Below are positions 28,852 through 37,870 of a DNA stretch of 64,000 nucleotides, one piece after another. Location of the stretch: assembly GCA_964291495.2 (NCBI GenBank), contig OZ219871.1, forward strand, positions 1,184,001 through 1,248,000. The letters run 5' to 3'. How positions within the stretch are numbered: the stretch's first letter is position 1; the number at the start of each line of letters is the position of its first letter. The stretch is from Dehalococcoidia bacterium (GTDB taxonomy: Bacteria > Chloroflexota > Dehalococcoidia > UBA2979). Position numbers and translations under genes: made by a program. The notes under the pieces were generated by a model that saw nothing but the letters and a program-made list of their open reading frames with translations, searched no databases and had not been told where the DNA came from.

Positions 28852-28964
28852 CGCCTGTCTCCCGTCCTGCGGCGCCCCTCGTGCGCCCCGCCTGCAAGCC
28901 TAGCGCTCGGGGTGGCGAGCAACGTGGCGCAGTTGTGCGATGATGGAGGCCGCCGGAGGCAATC

Positions 28965-29210
28965 ATGGTGACCAAGCACTTCCGCGCCAGGTACTCGAAG
29001 GGCGTCCTCGAACCCCTCGAGGCGATCGACCTCGAGGAGGGGGCGGAAGTCTCCCTGTCCATCGAGGAGGAGCCCTCGCCGAAGCACGACCCCGAGGCGA
29101 TGAGAGCTGGTGCCGGCGGCTGGGTCGGCCAGCATGAAGATCCGGAAGAGTTGATCCGGATGATCTACGAGTCCCGCATCACCGGCTCGCGGGAACCGCC
29201 AGACCTGTAA
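28965..29210 (+). CDS. Putative antitoxin, AF2212/DUF104-like
   Basis: 'RARYSKGVLEPLEAIDLEEGAEV'; lies directly upstream of a PIN toxin. Confidence 0.78.
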   Translation: MVTKHFRARYSKGVLEPLEAIDLEEGAEVSLSIEEEPSPKHDPEAMRAGAGGWVGQHEDPEELIRMIYESRITGSREPPDL

Positions 29211-29214
29211 CGCC

Positions 29215-29607
29215 GTGCAATATCTCGTAGACACGGATTGGGTGATCCACTACCTGAACCGCATCGGACGCGTCGTTGACCGTGTAGTGGAGTTAACACC
29301 GGAGGGCCTCGCCCTAAGCATCATTTCCCTCGCGGAGCTGCACGAAGGAGTGCTGGGGTCGGCGAATCCGGAACACAGCGAGCGAGAATTGCGGGCCTTC
29401 CTGGAACGGGTCTATCTGCTTGAGTTGGATGAGGAGACCTGCCGGATCTTCGGCAGGGAGCGCGCCCGCCTGCGCGCCGCCGGCAATCTCATCGGCGACC
29501 TCGACCTGCTGATCGGGGCGACGGCGCTACGCCACGGGCTGACGCTGCTCACCAACAACCGGCGCCACTTCGAACGGATCGAGGGTCTCGCCGCCGAGTC
29601 TGTGTAG
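29215..29607 (+). CDS. vapC: PIN-domain VapC toxin
   Basis: 'YLVDTD', 'SLAEL', 'DLLIGATA' and 'LLTNNRRHF'. Confidence 0.9.
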   Translation: MQYLVDTDWVIHYLNRIGRVVDRVVELTPEGLALSIISLAELHEGVLGSANPEHSERELRAFLERVYLLELDEETCRIFGRERARLRAAGNLIGDLDLLIGATALRHGLTLLTNNRRHFERIEGLAAESV

Positions 29608-29627
29608 CGGACGCCCCGGCGCAGCCT

Positions 29628-30077
29628 TCAGCTCGGGCCGTCGGGCTTGTCCTCCTGGCCGGCCCAGACGACGCCCAGCGTGCGATGGGCGAAGCGCCAG
29701 GCGCCCTCGTGGCGCGCGTACTCGTCGCGGTAGTGGATGTACATCACGCGGTCACGCGTGCCCTCCTCGGCGTTCTCGGTGAAGTGGTGGGCGATGCAGT
29801 AAGTCTCGCCGCGGACCACGCCGTCGTCGATCCAGTGGCGCGACTGGCCGACGAGGTGGAAGGTGCGGTCGTAGCGCGCGAGGCCGGACACGCCCTTCGC
29901 GATCGCGTCTCGGCCGTCGTAGCGACCACGCGAGGGGATGAGCACGCCGTCCGGCGTGAACAGCGCGGCGAAGCCCTCGAAGTCTCGCGCGTCGGCGGCG
30001 AAGGCGTAGGCGTGGCCGAGCGCGACCAACTCCTCGCGATCCTCGCGCGTGAGTTCCGCCGGGACGGCGTCGCTCAC
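29628..30077 (-). CDS. NTF2/SnoaL-like protein
   Basis: 'YAFAAD.RD...LFTPDG...YRDEYAR..GAWRF'. Confidence 0.82.
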   Translation of the reverse strand: MSDAVPAELTREDREELVALGHAYAFAADARDFEGFAALFTPDGVLIPSRGRYDGRDAIAKGVSGLARYDRTFHLVGQSRHWIDDGVVRGETYCIAHHFTENAEEGTRDRVMYIHYRDEYARHEGAWRFAHRTLGVVWAGQEDKPDGPS

Positions 30078-31003
30078 GAGGCAGCCGCGCGGAAGGCCTC
30101 GACGATGGCGCTGAACTCCTCCGTGGCCGCCTCGCGCTCCTCGGTGACCCGGAAGCCGCCACGCACGTCGGTCACGCCCGCGGCCACGAGGTCCGGCACG
30201 GCCGCCATCGTCGCCTCGAGATCGATCCCGCCCGCGTCGTCCTGGACGATCTGCAGCCGACCGACGACCCCGAGCTCGGCCGGGTCGCGGCCGAAGCTGG
30301 CGACGGCCTCGCGCATCCGCTCGATGCCGCCCGGGATGTCGGCGGCGTCCGGGCCCCAGGGGATCCAGCCGGAGCCGTAGCGCGCGAGGCGCCGCATCGC
30401 CCTTGGATTGACGGTGCCGCTCACCCAGATCGGGACGCCGCCGGGCTGCACGGGCTTGGGCATCTGGTGGACGTTGCTGAACGTCACGCCCTCGGCGTCG
30501 TAGGCCGCGACGCGGTTGCGCCAGAGCGTCTGGCAGAGCTCGAGCGTGTGGTCGAGCAGCCGCCCGCGACGGTGGTACGGGAGGCCCGCAGCCTGGTACT
30601 CGGCGAGCTGCCAGCCGATGCCGACGCCGATGTCGAGCCGCCCGCCGGAGAGCACATCGATCGTCGCCCCCACCTTGGCGAGGACGAGCGGGCGGCGCAG
30701 CGCGGCAAGCAGGATGTTGGTTCCGAAGCGCACGCGCGAGGTCACCGAGGTGAGGTGCGCGATCACCGTCAGCGGATCGAGCCAGTAGCCGTCGGGGCTC
30801 GTCGGCTGGACGCCGCCGACCTGGCCGCCCAGCTCCGGCAGGGCGTAGTCCTCGAGCTGCTCCCCGAAGGCGACGTGGTCGGAGACCGTGAGCCGGTCGA
30901 CGCCGGCCTCGTCGGCCGCCCGGGCGACGTCGATCAGGTGTTGCCAGCTGCCGGGATCCTCGGGCGTGAACGAGCGGAGACCTGTCGAGAGTTGCGGCTG
31001 CAC
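30074..31003 (-). CDS. LLM class (probably F420-dependent) oxidoreductase
   Basis: 'SDHVAF', 'GVGIGW' and 'PKPVQ'. Confidence 0.88.
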   Translation of the reverse strand: MQPQLSTGLRSFTPEDPGSWQHLIDVARAADEAGVDRLTVSDHVAFGEQLEDYALPELGGQVGGVQPTSPDGYWLDPLTVIAHLTSVTSRVRFGTNILLAALRRPLVLAKVGATIDVLSGGRLDIGVGIGWQLAEYQAAGLPYHRRGRLLDHTLELCQTLWRNRVAAYDAEGVTFSNVHQMPKPVQPGGVPIWVSGTVNPRAMRRLARYGSGWIPWGPDAADIPGGIERMREAVASFGRDPAELGVVGRLQIVQDDAGGIDLEATMAAVPDLVAAGVTDVRGGFRVTEEREAATEEFSAIVEAFRAAAS

Positions 31004-31082
31004 GGCTGTCGCTCCCTTCCGGGCGCGTACGGCCCGATGCGCGGCGTGAAGCGCGGCGATGATAGCGCCTTGGGGCGGCCGG

Positions 31083-32543
31083 TCAGCGTCGCGAGGGCGC
31101 CTCGGCGGCGGCGGCGCGGCCGGCGACGCGGCCGAAGGCGAGTGCGTCGGCGATGTGGAAGCCGCCGTCCTTGCACCAGCTGTAGGTGGAGCTGACGGTG
31201 CCCGCGGCGTAGAGCCCCGGGATCACGCGACCGAACGGGTCGAGCACTTGCGAGCGCTCGTTGCGCCTCGGGCCGCCATTGGTCCAGCCGAGCAGCGGCG
31301 CCGAGGTGAAGCCGTAGTAGGGCGGCTGGTCGATCGGCGCGAGCGTGCGCGGGTGGCGCTGGAACTGGTCGTCGACGCCGGCGGCGCAGGCCGCGTTGTA
31401 GCGCCGCACCGTCTCCTCGAGGACCGCGCCGTCGACGTCGAGCAGCGCCGCCAGCTCGCGAGGCGAATCCGCGCGCTTGATCCAGCCGCGCTCGATCTCG
31501 GCGCTGTTGTCCTCGCTCCACTCGTAGCCCTCGACGAGCATGTTCCAGCCGACGGGGAGCAGCGAGGGCGGCGGCGAAATCGGACCGGCGAGGCGGGTGC
31601 GCTCGTCGAAGATCACGTGCATCGGCGCTGCCGGGTAGAGCTCGTAGCTGCCGTTGATCTTCCCGTGGCCGTGGCCGCCGCGCGGGAACTCGTCGATCAG
31701 CCGCCGGCCGTCCATGCCGGTGAAGATGAAGCCGCGCGCGAAGACGAAGGAGACGTAGAAGCCGCTCTCGAAGCCCTCCGCGCGGAAGCCGAAGGCGGTC
31801 GCCATGTTGTCCATGTGCCAGAGGTCCGCGCCCACCTGCTGCGCCATGCGGATGCCGTCGCCGGTGCCGGCCGGCGACCCCCAGACCGGCGAGTCCGGAA
31901 GCTGCAGGTAGTCGCGCACCATCTGCGGGTTGTTTTCGAAGCCCCCGGTGGCGAGCACCACACCGCCACGGGCGCGGATGCGCAGCGGCGTTCCGCCCTC
32001 GCTCGCCCCGCTCAGCGCCTCGACCCCAACGATGGCGCCCGAGGCGTCGCGCATCAGCTCGCGCCCCGGCGTCTCGAGCAGCACCTCGATCTCGCGCGCG
32101 CGCAGCGCCGCGGTGAGCGTCTCGAAGAGACGCTGCTTCCCCAGCTCGCCGTCGACGCCGATGTACCCGCCGTAGGACTCGCTGCCGGGCAGCTCCGGGA
32201 ACTCGGGGCGGTAGTCGCCGTGCACGGCGACACGCGCGCCGAGGCTCTCGACCCAGGCGGAGTTCTTCGCCGTCTCCCGCGCCCAGACCTCGATCACCTC
32301 CTCGGGGACGGGGAAGTCACCGCAGAGGGCGCGCAGGTAGGTGGCGGCGCCCTCGGGGTCGGTGTTGTCGAACCAGACGCCGCCGGAGACGCGCGTGTTC
32401 CCGCCCTCGCGGCCGGCGGGCATCTTCTCGAGGACGATGACCTCCGCCCCGGCGTCGTGCGCCGCGATGGCGGCGGCACAGCCGGCCGCGCCGAGCCCGA
32501 GCACGACGACGTCCGCCTCGCGATCCCACGCCGCTTCGGTCAT
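31083..32543 (-). CDS. FAD-binding oxidoreductase (fumarate reductase flavoprotein / 3-ketosteroid dehydrogenase-like)
   Basis: 'VVVLGLGAAG', 'GGNTRVSGG', 'LATGGFE' and 'IPGLYAAG'. Confidence 0.85.
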   Translation of the reverse strand: MTEAAWDREADVVVLGLGAAGCAAAIAAHDAGAEVIVLEKMPAGREGGNTRVSGGVWFDNTDPEGAATYLRALCGDFPVPEEVIEVWARETAKNSAWVESLGARVAVHGDYRPEFPELPGSESYGGYIGVDGELGKQRLFETLTAALRAREIEVLLETPGRELMRDASGAIVGVEALSGASEGGTPLRIRARGGVVLATGGFENNPQMVRDYLQLPDSPVWGSPAGTGDGIRMAQQVGADLWHMDNMATAFGFRAEGFESGFYVSFVFARGFIFTGMDGRRLIDEFPRGGHGHGKINGSYELYPAAPMHVIFDERTRLAGPISPPPSLLPVGWNMLVEGYEWSEDNSAEIERGWIKRADSPRELAALLDVDGAVLEETVRRYNAACAAGVDDQFQRHPRTLAPIDQPPYYGFTSAPLLGWTNGGPRRNERSQVLDPFGRVIPGLYAAGTVSSTYSWCKDGGFHIADALAFGRVAGRAAAAEAPSRR

Positions 32544-32579
32544 CGCGCACTCCTCGCTGCTGCAGAGTGTTGGTGAGGA

Positions 32580-32655
32580 TGGCGCGCCGGGAAGGATTCG
32601 AACCCTCGACCATCAGATCCGAAGTCTGACGCTCTGTCCCCTGAGCTACCGGCGC
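32580..32655 (-). tRNA. tRNA-Arg, anticodon UCG, CCA encoded
   Basis: 76-nt cloverleaf GCGCCGG...TCAGA-CTTCGGA-TCTGA...GGTTCGAATCC...CCGGCGC-G-CCA; the A20 arginine identity element is present. Confidence 0.96.
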
Positions 32656-32734
32656 GCGGCCGACCGGGACGCTACGAGTGTACCCGCGGGCGCGCTAGGA
32701 TCGCGCCGGGCGGCACGGCCGCGGGGGAGACGCG

Positions 32735-32953
32735 ATGCAACCTCGCTACAGCCAGCATGCGACGGAGCGAATGACTGAGCAGGGCATCACCCGCGAGATG
32801 GTCGAGGCGGTGCTTGCATCCCCCGAGCGAACCATCGAGGGCGCCACCGCCATTGAGCACGAGGCGACCGTCTCAGGCCGCCTTGTGCACGTGGTGCTCT
32901 CTTCAAGCCCGGAATCCCCTATCGTGATTACGGTCTACTGGGTGGCAGAGTGA
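32735..32953 (+). CDS. DUF4258-like small protein (putative toxin)
   Basis: 'YSQHATERM..QGIT...VITVY'. Confidence 0.72.
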   Translation: MQPRYSQHATERMTEQGITREMVEAVLASPERTIEGATAIEHEATVSGRLVHVVLSSSPESPIVITVYWVAE

Positions 32954-32966
32954 GAGGAGCGTCGGG

Positions 32967-33212
32967 ATGCAAGTCCGCTACGACTCGGAAGCCGATGTGA
33001 TCTTCCTGACGCTCCGCGCAGCCGAGGGCGGCGAGGCCGGTGGGCAGCGCCTTGACGAGAGCCGGATCGCGCATCTCGATCGCGCCGGCCACATCTTCGC
33101 CTACGAGTTCCTCGCTGTGAGCAGCGGTGTCTCGCTCGACGGCATTGAGGCGGACGACGCAACGCTGATCCGTGAAGCACTCCAGCCGGTCGGACAGCTT
33201 GCCGTCGCCTGA
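32967..33212 (+). CDS. DUF2283-like small protein (putative antitoxin)
   Basis: 'MQVRYDSEADVIFL...LDRAGHIFAYEFL'. Confidence 0.75.
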   Translation: MQVRYDSEADVIFLTLRAAEGGEAGGQRLDESRIAHLDRAGHIFAYEFLAVSSGVSLDGIEADDATLIREALQPVGQLAVA

Positions 33213-33254
33213 TTGCACTCGCCCGGGCGCACGCCCGCGGGATGGGACGCGACG

Positions 33255-33629
33255 ATGCGGGTCACGAGGATCTACACCGGAGACGACGAGCAGTCGCACT
33301 TCGAGGACATCGACATCGAGACGGGCGCGGGCGGGACGCAGCGCTCCCCGGACTTCCCGGCGACCGCCGTCGGGCTGCGCGAGTCCGACGGCGCACGCGA
33401 CCTCGATTTCCACCCGGCGCCCCGCAGGCAGCTGGTGGTCGTCCTCGCCGGACGGCTGGAGATCGAGGTGGGCAACGGCACGAGGCGAGAGTTCGGGCCG
33501 GGCGAGATGTTCCTCGCCGACGACACGAGCGGGCAGGGCCACATCCTCCGCGACATCGGCGGCCCGCACCGAGGCGTCGTCGTCCCCCTCGCGCCCGGGT
33601 TCGACCTCGAGGCGTTCCGCGGCGGGTAG
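33255..33629 (+). CDS. Small cupin-fold protein (paralog 2 of 3)
   Basis: 'RIYTGDDEQSHFED...HPAPRRQ...DDTSGQGH'. Confidence 0.75.
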   Translation: MRVTRIYTGDDEQSHFEDIDIETGAGGTQRSPDFPATAVGLRESDGARDLDFHPAPRRQLVVVLAGRLEIEVGNGTRREFGPGEMFLADDTSGQGHILRDIGGPHRGVVVPLAPGFDLEAFRGG

Positions 33630-33670
33630 CTGCTGCCCGGCCGGAGCCGGAGCGGCGCAAGCGCCGCAGG

Positions 33671-33703
33671 CCCTCACCCCCGCCCTCTCCCTCGGGGAGA
33701 GGG
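33671..33703. repeat. REP-like palindrome, family A
   Basis: ccctcacccccgccctctccctcggggagaggg between convergent genes. Confidence 0.82.
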
Positions 33704-33712
33704 AGCCGGACG

Positions 33713-34027
33713 CTACGGCAGCGGCGAGTAGTCGGTGGGCGCGAGGATATCGGAGCGGATGCGCCTGACAAACGACCCCTCGGCGCGGATGCGATGCCAC
33801 TCCTCATCGGCGAAGAACGCCGCCCACTTGCGGTCACGCTCAGCCATGTCGCCGAACCGCATCAGGTAGACGAGCCGGTCGCTCCAGCCGCCGTGAGCGT
33901 GGGTCCAGAGGCCGACTACGGGCATCTCGAGGCGCTCGAAGATCGGCAGCAGGCGTTCGCGAAAGCGAGCGTGCTGCTCGGGCATTGCGCCCGCCACGGC
34001 CTCGTAGGTTCGCAGTTCGTAGATCAT
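33713..34027 (-). CDS. NIPSNAP family protein (copy 3)
   Basis: 'MIYELRTY...LVYL...W.AF.ADEEW...ILAPTDYSPL'. Confidence 0.88.
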   Translation of the reverse strand: MIYELRTYEAVAGAMPEQHARFRERLLPIFERLEMPVVGLWTHAHGGWSDRLVYLMRFGDMAERDRKWAAFFADEEWHRIRAEGSFVRRIRSDILAPTDYSPLP

Positions 34028-34037
34028 CGCCGGCTCC

Positions 34038-34073
34038 CCCTCACCCTAGCCCTCTCCCGCCAGGGGAGAGGGG
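34038..34073. repeat. REP-like palindrome, family A
   Basis: ccctcaccctagccctctcccgccaggggagagggg between NIPSNAP copies. Confidence 0.8.
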
Positions 34074-34085
34074 ACCGGCCGGAAG

Positions 34086-34412
34086 CTACGGCAGCGGCGA
34101 GTAGTCGGTAGGCGCGAGGATGTCGGAGCGGATGCGCGTGACGATCGCGCCGTCGCGCTCCGAGTCGGCGCGGACCTGCCGCCACTCCTCGTCCGCCCGG
34201 AACGTGGCCCACTTGCGGTCGCGGTCGGCCATGTCCTCGAACTTCATCAGGTAGACGAGCTGATCGCTCCAGCCGCCGTGGGCGTAGGTCCAGAAGCCTA
34301 CGACGTCCAAGCCATGGTTCGCGAAGATGCGCAGCGTGTGGTCGCGGAAGCGAGCGTTGAGCGCGCCCAGCTTGCCCGGAGCTGCCTCGTAGATTCGCAG
34401 TTCGTAGATCAT
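34086..34412 (-). CDS. NIPSNAP family protein (copy 2)
   Basis: 'MIYELRIYEAAPGKLGALNARFRDHT'. Confidence 0.9.
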   Translation of the reverse strand: MIYELRIYEAAPGKLGALNARFRDHTLRIFANHGLDVVGFWTYAHGGWSDQLVYLMKFEDMADRDRKWATFRADEEWRQVRADSERDGAIVTRIRSDILAPTDYSPLP

Positions 34413-34437
34413 CGTGGCTCCTCCCGTGAGCGCGCCG

Positions 34438-34764
34438 CTAGGGCAGCGGCGAGTAGTCCGTGGGCGCGAGGATGTCGGAGCGGATGCGCGCGGTGAGCGG
34501 GCCATCGCGGTGTGACTCCGCGACGACGCTCTGCCACTCCTCGTCGGCGATGAACGAGGCCCACTTGCGGGCACGGTCGGCCATGTCCTCGAACTTCATG
34601 AGGTAGACGAGCTGGTCGCTCCAGCCGCCGTGGGCGTAGGTCCAGAAGCCGACGACGTCGAGCCCGTGGTTCGCGAAGATACGCAGCGTGTGGTCGCGGA
34701 AGCGGCGATGGAGCGCGCCCAGCTTGCCCGGCGCCGCCTCGTACGTGCGTAGCTCATAGATCAT
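34438..34764 (-). CDS. NIPSNAP family protein (copy 1)
   Basis: 'MIYELRTYEAAPGKLGALHRRFRDHT'. Confidence 0.9.
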   Translation of the reverse strand: MIYELRTYEAAPGKLGALHRRFRDHTLRIFANHGLDVVGFWTYAHGGWSDQLVYLMKFEDMADRARKWASFIADEEWQSVVAESHRDGPLTARIRSDILAPTDYSPLP

Positions 34765-34846
34765 CGCTGCTCCTTCCGCCGCGGCGCCGACGATACGCCC
34801 TCGCGGGGCGCACGGCGAGATGGCGATTGGGGGCAGCGAGGCCCCG

Positions 34847-35740
34847 CTACGCCTGGAGCGCGGGGAGGTGCTCCGCTCCGAACTCGGCGAGGAGCTCGGG
34901 GGTGCGGTCGATCTGCCCGGGATCGGCGCGGATGGTCGTGTGCTCCACGCCGGCCTCGCGGAGCCGGTGCATGTCCTCCGCCAGCCGGTCCAGCTCCCCA
35001 GCGACGAGGAAGCCCGCGCCCCCGGCGTGCAGGGTGATCGAGGCCGGATCGCGTCCCGCACCCTCGGCGATCTCGCGGACGCGCTCCCAGTCCACCAGCG
35101 TCTTCTCGAGGGGACTGCGCGGCGCGGCCATCCAGCCGTCGCCGAAGCGCACGGTCCGCTCCATCTGCGGGCGCGTGTCGCCGCCGAACCAGAAGGGGAT
35201 CGGCCCGGCCGGTTGCGGGCGGCAGGTCCAGCCGTCCACCCGGTAGAACTCGCCGTCGAAGTCGACCCAGTCCTGCGACCAGAACGCGCGCAGGAGTTGC
35301 AGCGCCTCGTCCGTCCGCCGCCCGCGGCGGTCGTACGGGAGGTCGAGTACCTCGAACTCCTCCTCGCACCAGCCGACGCCCACGCCGAGGATCAGTCGCC
35401 CGCCACTCAGGTGGTCGAGCGTCGCGAGCACCTTCGCGAGCAGCACCGGTTGCCGCATCGGCAGCACGAGCACCGAGGTGCCGAGCCGGATGCGCTCGGT
35501 CGCCCCGGCCACGAACGTCAGCAGCGAGAGCGCCTCGAGCATGATGTCGGGCGGGTAGATGGTGCTGTTGATGCCGTCCGCCGCATACGGGTAGGGCGAA
35601 CGGAACTCCCGAGGCACCACCACGTGGTCGGCGGCCCACAGCGAGTCGAACCCTGCGGCGTCGGCGGCCCGTGCACAGCGCAGCACGTGCTCCCTCGTGG
35701 CCGTCGGTCCGAACTGCGGGAGCGAGAGTCCAACCTGCAT
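34847..35740 (-). CDS. LLM class (probably F420-dependent) oxidoreductase
   Basis: 'WAADHVVVP' and 'GVGVGWCEEEF'. Confidence 0.9.
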   Translation of the reverse strand: MQVGLSLPQFGPTATREHVLRCARAADAAGFDSLWAADHVVVPREFRSPYPYAADGINSTIYPPDIMLEALSLLTFVAGATERIRLGTSVLVLPMRQPVLLAKVLATLDHLSGGRLILGVGVGWCEEEFEVLDLPYDRRGRRTDEALQLLRAFWSQDWVDFDGEFYRVDGWTCRPQPAGPIPFWFGGDTRPQMERTVRFGDGWMAAPRSPLEKTLVDWERVREIAEGAGRDPASITLHAGGAGFLVAGELDRLAEDMHRLREAGVEHTTIRADPGQIDRTPELLAEFGAEHLPALQA

Positions 35741-35825
35741 GATGCCCCGGGCGCCATGATGCACCGTGCGGCGCGCGGCCTGCTACCCTCGCGGCTGCGC
35801 CGTGCGTGCGACGAAGGGGGTTGCC

Positions 35826-37028
35826 ATGGGCGCCGGACCCGCGGCGGGACTGCCGCTTTCCGAGCTGCTGGTGATCGACCTGACGCGAGCGCGCTCGGGC
35901 CCGACCTGCGTGCGTCAGCTCGCGGACTGGGGCGCCGACGTGATCAAGATTGAGCCGCCGCCCGCCTCGGGTGTGCAGGCGACGATCACCGGCGGCCGCC
36001 ACGGCTTCGACTTCCAGAACCTGCACCGCAACAAGCGCAGCCTCACCCTCGACCTCAAGGCTCCCGAGGGACGCGACGTGCTGCTCAAGCTCGCGGAGAC
36101 GGCCGACGTGGTCGTCGAGAACTTCCGGCCGCTCGTCAAGCAGCGGCTCGGCATCGACTACGCGACGCTGCGCGAGGTGAACCCGCGAATCATCTACGCG
36201 AGCATCTCCGGGTTCGGGCAGAGCGGCCCCTATCGCGACCGCCCCGGCTTCGACCAGATCGCGCAGGGCCTCGGCGGCATCATGTCGGTCACCGGCCTGC
36301 CGGGGCAGGGCCCCGTGCGCGCCGGGGTGCCGATCGCCGACCTCAGCGCGGGGCACTTCCTCGCGCAGGGCGTCCTGCTCGCGTTGATCGAGCGCGATCG
36401 CTCGGGCGAGGGCCAGTGGGTCCACACCTCGCTGCTCGAGGCGCAGATCGCGATGATGGACTTCCAGGCCGCGCGCTGGTTGATCGAGCAGGACCTGCCG
36501 GGCCAGGCGGGGAACGACCACCCGACCTCGATTCCCACGGGCGTCTTCCCCACCGCCGACGGCCACATCAACATCGCCGCCTCCGGCCAGCCGATCTACG
36601 AGCGCTTCTGCAAGGCGATCGGCGCCCCCGAGCTGATCGAGCGCCCCGAGTACGCGGACGGACAGTCGCGCTCGGAGCACCGCAAGGAGCTCAACGCCGA
36701 GCTAGCCGCGATCACCGGCGCCCGGACCAGCGCCGAGTGGATCGAGGACCTCAACGCGGCGGGGGTGCCCTGCGGGCCGATCTACCGCGTCGACGAGATG
36801 GCGGAGGACGAGCAGGTCCGCCACCTCGGCATCGCCCGGCCGGCTTCGCACCCGGAGCTGGGCGAGATCGAGCTTGTCGGGCAGGCGATGCAGCTCGAGC
36901 GGACACCACAGCCGCCGCAGATGCGCAGCGCCGCGCCCGCGCTCGGCGAGCACAGCGACGAGGTGCTCACCAGCCTCGGCTACGACGACGAGGCGATCGC
37001 CGGGCTGCGCGAGCGCGGCGTCGTCTAG
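35826..37028 (+). CDS. CaiB/BaiF CoA-transferase
   Basis: 'RNKRSLTLDLK', 'VENFRP', 'SISGFGQSGP' and 'APALGEH'. Confidence 0.92.
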   Translation: MGAGPAAGLPLSELLVIDLTRARSGPTCVRQLADWGADVIKIEPPPASGVQATITGGRHGFDFQNLHRNKRSLTLDLKAPEGRDVLLKLAETADVVVENFRPLVKQRLGIDYATLREVNPRIIYASISGFGQSGPYRDRPGFDQIAQGLGGIMSVTGLPGQGPVRAGVPIADLSAGHFLAQGVLLALIERDRSGEGQWVHTSLLEAQIAMMDFQAARWLIEQDLPGQAGNDHPTSIPTGVFPTADGHINIAASGQPIYERFCKAIGAPELIERPEYADGQSRSEHRKELNAELAAITGARTSAEWIEDLNAAGVPCGPIYRVDEMAEDEQVRHLGIARPASHPELGEIELVGQAMQLERTPQPPQMRSAAPALGEHSDEVLTSLGYDDEAIAGLRERGVV

Positions 37029-37068
37029 CGCACGGACCAGCGAGCAACCTCGGAGCCCCGGAGGAGCG

Positions 37069-37863
37069 ATGGAGACCACGACCGACCAGCTGATCGCAGA
37101 GGTCGAGGACGGCATCGGCTGGCTGACCTTCAACCACGCGGAGCGGCGCAACGCGCTGACCGTCGCGATGACGGCGGCGCTGCCCGGCGTCCTCGAGCAG
37201 TTCGCCGCCGACGACTCGGCGCGGGTGCTCGTGATGAAGGGCGCGGGCGATCGCGCCTTCGTCTCCGGGGCGGACATCTCCGAGTTCGAGCAACGCCGCG
37301 CCTCGCCCGAGGCGATCGCGAAGTTCGACAAGTCGGGCCGGCGCATGGCGGCTGCCTTCGCGGAGTTCCCGAAGCCGATCGTAGCGATGATCCGCGGCTT
37401 CGCGATGGGCGGCGGGCTGATGATGGCGATGCGCGCCGACATCCGCATCGCCGCCGAGGACTCGCAGTTCGGCATCCCCGCCGCGCGCCTCGGACTCGGC
37501 TACGGCTACCAGGGCGTCGAGAACCTCGTGAACCTCGTCGGACCCGCCCACGCGAACGAGATCCTGCTGACCGGCGGGCGCTTCGACGCCGAGACGGCGC
37601 TGCGCTGGGGCCTGATCAACCGCGTCGTCCCCGTCGAGCGGCTCGAGGCGGAGACGCGCGAGGTGGCGGGCGCGATCGCGGAGAACGCCCCGCTCACCGT
37701 CGCCGCACTGCGCGCCTCGATCCGCCAGACGCTGCTGGACCCGGCACGGCGCGACATGGACACGATCACGGAGATGATCGCGGCCTGCTTCGCGAGCGAG
37801 GACTACATCGAGGGCCGCCGCGCCTTCATGGAGAAGCGCCGGCCCGAGTTCACGGGGCGCTGA
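37069..37863 (+). CDS. Enoyl-CoA hydratase/isomerase family
   Basis: 'RRNAL', 'AFVSGADISEF', 'GFAMGGG' and 'EGRRAFMEKR'. Confidence 0.9.
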   Translation: METTTDQLIAEVEDGIGWLTFNHAERRNALTVAMTAALPGVLEQFAADDSARVLVMKGAGDRAFVSGADISEFEQRRASPEAIAKFDKSGRRMAAAFAEFPKPIVAMIRGFAMGGGLMMAMRADIRIAAEDSQFGIPAARLGLGYGYQGVENLVNLVGPAHANEILLTGGRFDAETALRWGLINRVVPVERLEAETREVAGAIAENAPLTVAALRASIRQTLLDPARRDMDTITEMIAACFASEDYIEGRRAFMEKRRPEFTGR

Positions 37864-37870
37864 GCCCCGC

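Noticed and set aside
32580-32655. tRNA-Arg as the attachment site of a genomic island
   Set aside because: I saw no duplicated tRNA 3' end and no integrase; a metabolic gene starts 36 bp downstream.
10212-34073. CRISPR array interpretation of the ~35-bp repeats
   Set aside because: The copies are dispersed, variably oriented, lack regular spacers, and there are no cas genes.
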